DNA of 64,000 bases from Ferruginibacter sp. (GTDB lineage: Bacteria > Bacteroidota > Bacteroidia > Chitinophagales > Chitinophagaceae): the NCBI GenBank assembly GCA_035317105.1, contig DATHHR010000149.1:172-64171 (forward strand), read 5' to 3'. The notes below the pieces were generated by a model, which worked only from the letters and a program-made list of their open reading frames with translations, did no database searches and was not told where the DNA came from. Position numbers and translations under genes: made by a program. Below, one piece after another: positions 27,594 through 35,826 of this stretch (position 1 is the first letter of the stretch; each line of letters opens with the position of its first letter).

Positions 27594-30500
27594 ATGACAG
27601 ATCCCACTATAGCAACATTATCTAAACATAAGTATCAATTCCTATCTGGCGGTGGCGAAATGGGGGAATTAATGCGTACCAAAGACTGGTCTGATACACA
27701 CGTTGGTAACCCTGATCATTGGCCGCAAAGCTTACGTACAGCACTTAGTATTATTTTACATGCAAGGTCTCCCATGTTTTTATGGTGGGGATCAGAATTG
27801 ACTTGTTTTTATAATGACGCCTATCGTCCAAGTCTGGGTAATGATGGAAAGCATCCTGGAATTTTAGGAAAGCCTGCCGAAAAAGCGTGGACAGAAATAT
27901 GGCATATCATCAAGCCACTAATTGACCAGGTGTTAGCTGGTGGTGAAGCCCCTTATTTTGAAGATACTTTGGTTCCCATCTATCGCAATGGAAAGATTGA
28001 AGATGTTTACTGGACATTTAGCTTCAGTGCGGTAAGAGACGAATCCGGGAAGATCGGAGGTATATTTGTGAATTGTGTAGAAACAACTGATAAGGTTCTG
28101 AATGAGAAGAAAGTAATATATGGGGAGCAGAAATTTAAAAATCTTATAAATGAGTCTCCGATAGCAACGGCAGTTTTTACGGGTGAAGATTTTGTTGTTG
28201 AGCTGGCAAATGAAGAAGCGCTTAAGCTATGGGGCAAAAAAGAAAATGTATTGGGCAAAAAAATAATAGCGGCAATGCCGGAGTTGGAAGGGCAACCTTA
28301 TATGGACCTGCTTAAAAATGTTTATACTTCAGGAGAAACATATTATGGTAATGAAAACCTTGTACAGATAGAGGTTGATGGAAAAATAGTTCCTACCTAT
28401 GTGAATTTTATTTACAAGGCATTGCGTGACCCCGATGATAAGATCTATGGTATACTAACCATGGGGTATAATGTTACGGAACAGGTAGAGACCCGTAAAA
28501 AAATTGAGTATAGTAATGAAAATTCAAGGCTTGCAGTAGATACAGCCATGCTCGGAACAATAGATCTAACATGGCCCGAAAAAAAGTTTACCTGTTCAAA
28601 AAGGGTATACGAAATTTTCGGCTTTCCTGATAGCACACCCCCATACGAAGAATTGTTTAGCCATATTCATCCCGACGATATTCATATCAGAGAGGAAGCT
28701 AACAAGTTAGGTCGTGTTACGGGTAAGATCGATTATGAAGTACGCATTCTATGGCCAGATAAAACAATACATTGGATAACCGCCTATGGTAAAGTTTTTT
28801 ATGGAGAAGATAAAAACCCGGTTAGGGTATTAGCTACAATAAGAGATATCACAGACCAAAAGAATTTTTTAGATAATATTCAAATAAGCGAAAAGAAATT
28901 CCGCAACACCGTAACACAGGCACCTGTAGGGATAGCTATTTTACGGGGACGGGATTTTTTGGTAGAAATGGCCAATAAAAATTACCTGGAGCTTATTGAT
29001 AGAAAAGAAGAAGATTTTGTGGGGAAAAAATTATTTGATGTAATACCCGAAGTAAGAGAATCTGTAGAATCGTTACTTGTAAGTGTTATAGAAACAGGCA
29101 AAGAAGTTACTGCAACAGAATTTGCTATACCAGTTAAGCGAAAAGGTGTTGTAAATATTGGCTATTTTAATTTTGCATACCAGGCGCTTCGCGAAGAAGA
29201 CAATACTATATCAGGTGTCATTGTAACTGTCAATGAGGTTACTTCTTTAGTGAAGGGCAAATATTTATTGGCAGAGAGTGAAAGACAATTCCGTAATGTG
29301 ATCATGCAATCCCCAATTCCTATGACGATCTTTAGAGGAGAGGACCATATTATCGAAATGGCAAATACAGAGATGTTTACAAATATTTGGCGTAAGGAAG
29401 AAAAAGACGTTATCGGTAAAAGATTATTTGATGTATTTCCTGAGTTGAAAGATCAAAAATATCCTCCTTTATTAAAAAATGTATTAAGTACAGGACAACC
29501 TTACAGAGAAAAAGAATCAGTAGTATACATACAAGGTGACGATGGCTTGAAGAAATTCTATTTGGATTATGAATATTCTCCTTTATTAGAAACAGACGGG
29601 ACTATTTCAGGAATAATGATTACTGTAAATGATGTGACCCAAAGGGTAATGGCCAAACAAAAAATAGAAATTGAAGAAGCTCGTTTGCGTTTAGCCATTG
29701 AAGGAACGAAATTAGCCACCTGGGATCTTAATCTTGAAACAAAAAGCATTATTCACTCGCCAAGATTGGCGGAAATTTTTGGCCACCCTTTAACAACGCA
29801 GATCACGCACCAGCATATGCGTGATCAGATCCATCCCGATGATAGACAAAGCATTGTTGAACGGGCTTTTGATATGGCGATGGAAACAGGTTATTATAAT
29901 TATGAAGCCCGTGTTGTAAGGCCCGATAAAACTATTGGCTGGATAAAAACGCAGGGCAAAGTAATGTATGATGAGCAGGGCACTCCAATAAGATTGATCG
30001 GAACGCTGGCTGATACTACAGAAAATAAAATTGCAGAAGAAAAAGTGGCCATGCTTGCCGCGATCGTGGAATCTTCTGAAGATGTCATTATCAGTAAAAC
30101 ATTGGATGGTATCATAACAAGCTGGAATGCGGGGGCGCAAAGAGTTTTTGGATACGAAGGCGCAGAGATCATCGGACAACATATTACAAAGCTTATTCCG
30201 TTGGATCGTTTTGATGAAGAGCCTCAAATTTTACGGCGCATTCAACATGGAGAAAGCGTTGACCATTTTGAAACACAAAGAATAACTAAAGAAGGGAACT
30301 TACTTGATATATCCTTAACTATTTCACCCATCAAGGATACGGCCGGAAATATTATAGGGGCATCAAAGATCGCCCGTGATATTACCAAACAAAAACAAAT
30401 AGAAAGGCTTGTTGCAGAAAGCGAGCTTCGGTTAAACATAGCCATTCAGGCTGCTGAATTGGGCACCTGGGAATTCGATATAAAAAATCAGCAGGCTATT

Positions 30501-32219
30501 TATTCTTCAAGGTACCTCGAGATATTTGGTTATAAGGATAGCGAAGAGCCGTCTCATAACTCATTACTTGAACGAATTCATCGGGATGACCTTGATATGC
30601 GTAATAAGGCTTTACAAGATGCAATTGAAAGCGGATTCCTGAACCTGGAAATGCGTATTGTAACAATTGCAAATGACCTGCGTTGGATACAGGCAAAGGG
30701 AAAAGTATTTTACGATGATAATAATATTGCTACCAAAATAATGGGAACAATAATGGATGTCACCGATGAAAGACAGGCGGAATTAGCCATAAGAGAAAGT
30801 GAAGGAAAATTCCGTTTACTTTCTGATGCCATGCCACAGTTCATATGGACAAGCGACCCTCAGGGAAATCTGATCTATTTTAATCAGGCTGTATATGATT
30901 ATTCCGGCTTAACAGAAGAAGAAGCGATGAACGGTGGTTGGGTTCAAATTATTCATCCTGATGATAAACAAGAAAATATTAAAAAATGGATGCATTCGAT
31001 CACAACAGGAGAAGATTTTGTTTTTGAACACCGGTTTAGAAAATATAACGGAGAGTACAGGTGGCAACTGAGCAGAGCCATTCCTCACAGAGACAGCAGC
31101 GGTAATATCCAAATGTGGATAGGTACCAGTACTGATATTCACGATAGTAAATTATACAGCGATAAATTGCAAAAGAGCGAATTGTTATTTAAAACAATTT
31201 CAAATGCACCGCCGGTTGGTTTATGGATGACGGATAATAAAGGACAAAATGTTTTCGTAAACCAAACCTGGATCAATTGGACAGGAATGCCATTAGAAGA
31301 ACATTATGGTCAGGGATGGTTAAGCCGTGTTGTGGAAGAAGATAAAGCTGCAGTACCTTCTTTTGAGAATGCCATGAAGAGAAGAGAAAAATATACAACA
31401 GAATTCAGATTGCTAAAGCCCGACAATGAAATACGCTGGTGCCTTATCGAAGGATATCCTTTTTATAATATGGATGGAGAGTTTGAAGGATATGCGGGCT
31501 CTGTTACAGATATTACTGATATAAAAAAACTGGAGCAACAAAAAGATTTCTTTATCAGCATGGCCAGCCATGAATTAAAAACACCTATCACCTCTATAAA
31601 AGGATATGTGCAGATATTGTTGAGTATGCACAAGGATAGTCCCGATACTTTTTTAAAGAGTTCACTTACAACAGTAAACAAACAAATAGGGACATTGACG
31701 AAACTGATCGCAGACCTGTTAGATATGTCGAAAATAAAATCCGGCAATCTTCAGTTAAACAAAGAAGAATTTTCTATGAATGAAATGATCCGGGAAACGA
31801 TCGATGAAATAAAACATACACAACCAGGGCATGATATTATGTTTACCCCGGAAAGAGAAAGCGTAGTGTATGCAGATAGATTAAGGATCGCACAGGTATT
31901 GATCAATTTCCTGACAAACGCTATTAAATATTCTCCACATTTTAATATGGTTACGGTTAAGGTTAGTATCGTGGAAAATAACGTAATAGTAGCAGTAATA
32001 GATTCTGGGATAGGAATAAATAAGAATGACCAGGAAAAAATATTCCAGCGTTTTTATCGTGTAGAAGGGAAAGATGAAAAAACTTTTCCGGGTTTTGGAA
32101 TTGGTTTATTTATTGCATCAGAAATTATTCAAAGGCATAATGGAAAAATAGGAGTAGAAAGTGAACCGGGTAAAGGATCGGTTTTCTCTTTTTCACTGCC
32201 ATTGGAAGATAAATTATAA
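27594..32219 (+). CDS. Cytoplasmic multi-PAS sensor histidine kinase (about ten PAS/PAC modules)
   Basis: 1541 aa with no TM segment. It shows a repeated PAS pattern (E.(K/R)FR..... and W....G), the H-box MASHELKTPITSIKGY and an HATPase_c domain (DSGIGI, GFGIGL). Confidence 0.95.
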   Translation: MTDPTIATLSKHKYQFLSGGGEMGELMRTKDWSDTHVGNPDHWPQSLRTALSIILHARSPMFLWWGSELTCFYNDAYRPSLGNDGKHPGILGKPAEKAWTEIWHIIKPLIDQVLAGGEAPYFEDTLVPIYRNGKIEDVYWTFSFSAVRDESGKIGGIFVNCVETTDKVLNEKKVIYGEQKFKNLINESPIATAVFTGEDFVVELANEEALKLWGKKENVLGKKIIAAMPELEGQPYMDLLKNVYTSGETYYGNENLVQIEVDGKIVPTYVNFIYKALRDPDDKIYGILTMGYNVTEQVETRKKIEYSNENSRLAVDTAMLGTIDLTWPEKKFTCSKRVYEIFGFPDSTPPYEELFSHIHPDDIHIREEANKLGRVTGKIDYEVRILWPDKTIHWITAYGKVFYGEDKNPVRVLATIRDITDQKNFLDNIQISEKKFRNTVTQAPVGIAILRGRDFLVEMANKNYLELIDRKEEDFVGKKLFDVIPEVRESVESLLVSVIETGKEVTATEFAIPVKRKGVVNIGYFNFAYQALREEDNTISGVIVTVNEVTSLVKGKYLLAESERQFRNVIMQSPIPMTIFRGEDHIIEMANTEMFTNIWRKEEKDVIGKRLFDVFPELKDQKYPPLLKNVLSTGQPYREKESVVYIQGDDGLKKFYLDYEYSPLLETDGTISGIMITVNDVTQRVMAKQKIEIEEARLRLAIEGTKLATWDLNLETKSIIHSPRLAEIFGHPLTTQITHQHMRDQIHPDDRQSIVERAFDMAMETGYYNYEARVVRPDKTIGWIKTQGKVMYDEQGTPIRLIGTLADTTENKIAEEKVAMLAAIVESSEDVIISKTLDGIITSWNAGAQRVFGYEGAEIIGQHITKLIPLDRFDEEPQILRRIQHGESVDHFETQRITKEGNLLDISLTISPIKDTAGNIIGASKIARDITKQKQIERLVAESELRLNIAIQAAELGTWEFDIKNQQAIYSSRYLEIFGYKDSEEPSHNSLLERIHRDDLDMRNKALQDAIESGFLNLEMRIVTIANDLRWIQAKGKVFYDDNNIATKIMGTIMDVTDERQAELAIRESEGKFRLLSDAMPQFIWTSDPQGNLIYFNQAVYDYSGLTEEEAMNGGWVQIIHPDDKQENIKKWMHSITTGEDFVFEHRFRKYNGEYRWQLSRAIPHRDSSGNIQMWIGTSTDIHDSKLYSDKLQKSELLFKTISNAPPVGLWMTDNKGQNVFVNQTWINWTGMPLEEHYGQGWLSRVVEEDKAAVPSFENAMKRREKYTTEFRLLKPDNEIRWCLIEGYPFYNMDGEFEGYAGSVTDITDIKKLEQQKDFFISMASHELKTPITSIKGYVQILLSMHKDSPDTFLKSSLTTVNKQIGTLTKLIADLLDMSKIKSGNLQLNKEEFSMNEMIRETIDEIKHTQPGHDIMFTPERESVVYADRLRIAQVLINFLTNAIKYSPHFNMVTVKVSIVENNVIVAVIDSGIGINKNDQEKIFQRFYRVEGKDEKTFPGFGIGLFIASEIIQRHNGKIGVESEPGKGSVFSFSLPLEDKL

Positions 32220-32232
32220 AATTTGCTTGTAT

Positions 32233-32613
32233 ATGAATCCTATAATCTTGGTCATTGACGACAATGAAGATATTCTCTTCATGTTAAAAGCTATGCTGCA
32301 ATTAAAAGAGTACAAAGTGTATACTAAAGAAACTGCCGAGAACATTGAAGCTTATATTGAACAACTAGCGCCAAATATTATTTTAATGGATATGCTATTA
32401 TCAGGCGCTGATGGCTGCGAAGTTTGTAAAAGCATTAAAACAAACAGCGCTATATCATCTATACAGGTAATAATGATGTCCGCATTACCTAGTGCAAAAG
32501 AAATGTGTCTTGAAGCAGGCGCCAATTATTTTGTTGGCAAACCTTTTGAAATGACAGATCTTTTTTATACTGTTTCGAATGCATTAGCAAAAAGCGAAAT
32601 GGGGGCAATATAA
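32233..32613 (+). CDS. Stand-alone response-regulator receiver
   Basis: The ATG lies 13 nt after the kinase stop. Contains ILVIDDNEDI, ILMDMLLSGADG and GKPF. Confidence 0.85.
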   Translation: MNPIILVIDDNEDILFMLKAMLQLKEYKVYTKETAENIEAYIEQLAPNIILMDMLLSGADGCEVCKSIKTNSAISSIQVIMMSALPSAKEMCLEAGANYFVGKPFEMTDLFYTVSNALAKSEMGAI

Positions 32614-32637
32614 ATTTCACCCGTAAACAACACTACT

Positions 32638-34071
32638 ATGGGCGATACTTTTATTTGCGATGTTGCAGGTAGCACAGAACCCTTTCCTCATTTTTGGGAA
32701 CATACAGTAGGGAGCTGCCACGCCACCATGGCGCTTCGGGCAGATTGGCAAAAACAATTATTGCGCTGCCACAAAGAATTAGGTTTTCAACATGTTCGTT
32801 TTCATGGCCTGCTTTCAGATGATATGGGCACTTTGATGAATGAGATGGATCAATTGGTCTACTCGTTTTTTAATGCTGACCAGATCTGTGATTTTTTATT
32901 GTCTATTGGCATGAAACCATTTATGGAATTGTCCTTTATGCCATCCGCGCTTTCTTCCGGCAATGATATTGTTTTTCATTATAAAGGAAATATAACACCT
33001 CCAAGAGATTATAATGCCTGGGCAACACTGATAAATAAATTAGTGCAGCACTGGGTTACAAGATATGGGATAGAAGAAGTGAGTAAATGGTTCTTCGAAA
33101 TTTGGAACGAACCTAATCTTTCTGCATTCTGGACCGGCACACAACAAGATTATTTTAATTTATACCAGCATTCTGCCAAAGCGATCAAAGATGTAAATAC
33201 TTTATTGCGGGTAGGAGGCCCCGCAACTGCCGATAATGCCTGGATAAATGAGTTTGTAATTTTTTGTGAAAACAATGCAGTGCCATACGATTTTATTTCT
33301 ACGCACCATTACCCCACAGATGCTTTTGGAAAACCGGGCGATGATACGATCAGTGAGTTAGCTGCCAGCCGGCGAAGCGTATTGCGGGAAGAAGTTATTG
33401 AAACAAAAAAACAGGCAAAGGGCAAACCTGTTTATTATACCGAATGGAGCACCTCATCCAATCCGTTCGATGATCTGCATGATAAACCATATGCTGCTGC
33501 TTTCATAACAAAAACGATCATGGAAGCACACGGACAAGTAGAAGGGTATAGCTACTGGACCTTCTCTGATATTTTTGAAGAAAATTATTTTTCTTCTGTT
33601 CCTTTTCACGGAGGCTTTGGCTTATTAAATATTTATGGTGTGCCAAAACCTGCTTATCGTGCCTATCAATTATTACATCGCCTGGGAAATAATATTTTAA
33701 AAGTAGACGGGCAGCATGAAACGGTAGATGTATGGGTTGTTGAAAATAAAAGCATGATCAATATCGTACTCACGAATTTTTCACTACCCCTTCATCCTGT
33801 AAAAACTGAAGTAATAAAAATTCAGCTGAACAATATCCAACAAGTAAAAGAAGTATTTATTGAACGGATAGATGATACACATGCTAATACAAGACAAGCC
33901 TGGATCGAAATGGGTAGGCCGGATAGCTTACAACCCGAACAGGTAGCAACCTTAGAAACTATTTCTACGTTAGTTAAAGAATCACTGTTATTTAAATTTG
34001 AAAATAATACTGTTATAATGGAAGTTCAATTGCTTCCACAAGCAGCCGCATTGATAACAATAGAAATGTAA
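32638..34071 (+). CDS. GH39-family glycoside hydrolase (beta-xylosidase-like fold), no signal peptide
   Basis: 477 aa. Contains PHFWEHTVGSCHATMALRADWQ and VRFHGLL. The acid/base motif is FEIWNEPN and the nucleophile motif is VYYTEWSTS. Confidence 0.85.
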   Translation: MGDTFICDVAGSTEPFPHFWEHTVGSCHATMALRADWQKQLLRCHKELGFQHVRFHGLLSDDMGTLMNEMDQLVYSFFNADQICDFLLSIGMKPFMELSFMPSALSSGNDIVFHYKGNITPPRDYNAWATLINKLVQHWVTRYGIEEVSKWFFEIWNEPNLSAFWTGTQQDYFNLYQHSAKAIKDVNTLLRVGGPATADNAWINEFVIFCENNAVPYDFISTHHYPTDAFGKPGDDTISELAASRRSVLREEVIETKKQAKGKPVYYTEWSTSSNPFDDLHDKPYAAAFITKTIMEAHGQVEGYSYWTFSDIFEENYFSSVPFHGGFGLLNIYGVPKPAYRAYQLLHRLGNNILKVDGQHETVDVWVVENKSMINIVLTNFSLPLHPVKTEVIKIQLNNIQQVKEVFIERIDDTHANTRQAWIEMGRPDSLQPEQVATLETISTLVKESLLFKFENNTVIMEVQLLPQAAALITIEM

Positions 34072-35396
34072 TGATCGAAGAAAAGAAAATAGCATCACAG
34101 ACCGACAGGGAAATGCTCAATAGTTTACAACGTGAAACATTTGATTATTTTGTTCATCAGGTTGACCCTGTAACTGGATTGACGGTTGATAAAACACAGC
34201 CGGGTTTCCCTTCAAGCATTGCTGTGGTAGGTATGGGTATTGCATCCTATATCGCAGGCATTCATAAAAATTTTATTTCAAGAACAGATGCAGCACAAAG
34301 AATAGTAAAAACATTGCGCTTTTTTTACAACAGCCATCAGGGGCCTGAGCCAGATGCAACAGGATACAAAGGGTTCTATTATCATTTTATTGAAATGAGT
34401 ACCGGTAAACGTTGTTGGGAATGCGAGCTATCAACCGTTGATACTACTTTTTTAATTGCAGGGGCTTTGTGTGCCGCTAATTATTTTACTGATGATACAG
34501 AAACTGAAAAAGAGATAAGAAATTTAGCCGATCTTTTATATCGCCGTGTAGATTGGCAATGGGCGTTAAACGGTGCTACAACTATAAGTCATGGCTGGAG
34601 GCCAGAAACAGGTTTTCTTCCATTTCACTGGGGTGAAGATTATAGCGAAGCCATGTTGATGTATATGTTAGCATTGGCTTCGCCAACTTTTCCTATTGAT
34701 AAAAAAGGATATGACGATTGGACAGCTTCATTCAAATTAAGAACAGCATATAACTTTACCTATTTATATGCGGGCCCTTTATTTATTCACCAGTTCTCAC
34801 ACATGTGGATCGACTTTCGAAATATTTTCGATCGTTTTAATAAAGAATCAGGATTTGATTATTTTGAAAACAGCAAACGTGCAACACATGTTCATCGCGA
34901 ATATGCCATTGATAACCCAATGGGCTTTGCCTGTTATGGGCCTAATTGCTGGGGACTTACTGCTAGTGATGGCCCGGGACCGGCGTTGTTAAAAATAGCG
35001 GATAAGGAATTTACATTTTACGATTACATCGCCAGAGGCGCACCGTTTGGTCCTGATGATGGAACGATATCACCCTGGGGCGTTGTAGCTTCGTTGCCTT
35101 TTGCACCCGAAATTGTAATTGATACGATACGGCATGCCATTGAAAAGCTCGAATTAAAACACCATCGGTTATATGGATTTGATGCAAGCTTTAATCCCAC
35201 ATATCCAGACACATCCAATAATAAAAATGGCTGGGTATCGCCGTGGAGATTTGGGTTGAATCAGGGCCCCATCGTTATCATGATAGAAAATTATCAGACA
35301 GAACTTATCTGGAAAATAATGAAGCAGTGTACGTATTTAGTTAATGGTTTGCGCATAGCCGGTTTTACCGGCGGTTGGCTGAATGAGATAAAATAG
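34071..35396 (+). CDS. Glucoamylase-like (alpha/alpha)6 protein of the PF10091 / GH144 (endo-beta-1,2-glucanase) type, no signal peptide
   Basis: 441 aa. Its start overlaps the GH39 stop (TAATG). Motifs recalled from the family: SSIAVVGMGIASY, GFYYHF, DTTFLIAGAL and GWRPETGF...YSEAMLMYMLALASPT. The family call needs an HMM check. Confidence 0.65.
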   Translation: MIEEKKIASQTDREMLNSLQRETFDYFVHQVDPVTGLTVDKTQPGFPSSIAVVGMGIASYIAGIHKNFISRTDAAQRIVKTLRFFYNSHQGPEPDATGYKGFYYHFIEMSTGKRCWECELSTVDTTFLIAGALCAANYFTDDTETEKEIRNLADLLYRRVDWQWALNGATTISHGWRPETGFLPFHWGEDYSEAMLMYMLALASPTFPIDKKGYDDWTASFKLRTAYNFTYLYAGPLFIHQFSHMWIDFRNIFDRFNKESGFDYFENSKRATHVHREYAIDNPMGFACYGPNCWGLTASDGPGPALLKIADKEFTFYDYIARGAPFGPDDGTISPWGVVASLPFAPEIVIDTIRHAIEKLELKHHRLYGFDASFNPTYPDTSNNKNGWVSPWRFGLNQGPIVIMIENYQTELIWKIMKQCTYLVNGLRIAGFTGGWLNEIK

Positions 35397-35454
35397 ATCG
35401 TTGGCATCATAATTGTTTTTATTGTTCCATCTATTAATCATTAAAACAATTGTT

Positions 35455-35667
35455 ATGAAACCAATAGCTATTATTCTGATCGTACTCGGAATTGCCATGT
35501 TAGTATTTAAGGGCTTTAGTTACACGCAGGAAAAAAATGTTGCGGATATCGGCCCGGTAGAAATAAATAAGACAGAACATAAAACTGTTGATTGGCCGAT
35601 ATATGCAGGTGTGATCGCATTGCTTGCAGGCGGCGCACTTTTAATGGCAGATCGTAAAACGGTATAG
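35455..35667 (+). CDS. Small two-TM membrane protein (70 aa)
   Basis: MKPIAIILIVLGIAMLVF ... WPIYAGVIALLAGGALLMA. It is the last gene before the terminator. Start placed at the internal ATG. Confidence 0.6.
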   Translation: MKPIAIILIVLGIAMLVFKGFSYTQEKNVADIGPVEINKTEHKTVDWPIYAGVIALLAGGALLMADRKTV

Positions 35668-35685
35668 AACATCAATATTTATTTG

Positions 35686-35721
35686 TGCAGAAATTTATGT
35701 TAAATAGATTTCTGCATTTTT
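35686..35721 (+). terminator. Rho-independent terminator of the kinase/hydrolase operon
   Basis: 9-bp stem tgcagaaat/atttctgca followed by tttttat. Confidence 0.65.
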
Positions 35722-35826
35722 ATATATAGAATACAGTTATCTACTCATGTGTGTAATTAATAGTCAATATAATTTTGCTTATTACAAATAATAGTTAGTA
35801 AATTTATTTTCTAAACGATTGCTATT

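Noticed and set aside
29790-30227. 145-aa and 90-aa minus-strand ORFs inside the PAS kinase gene. Similar shadow ORFs occur in the acylase gene (53539..53940) and in the ABC ATPase gene (10616..11014).
   Set aside because: They are shadow ORFs opposite strongly supported genes, with no independent signals.
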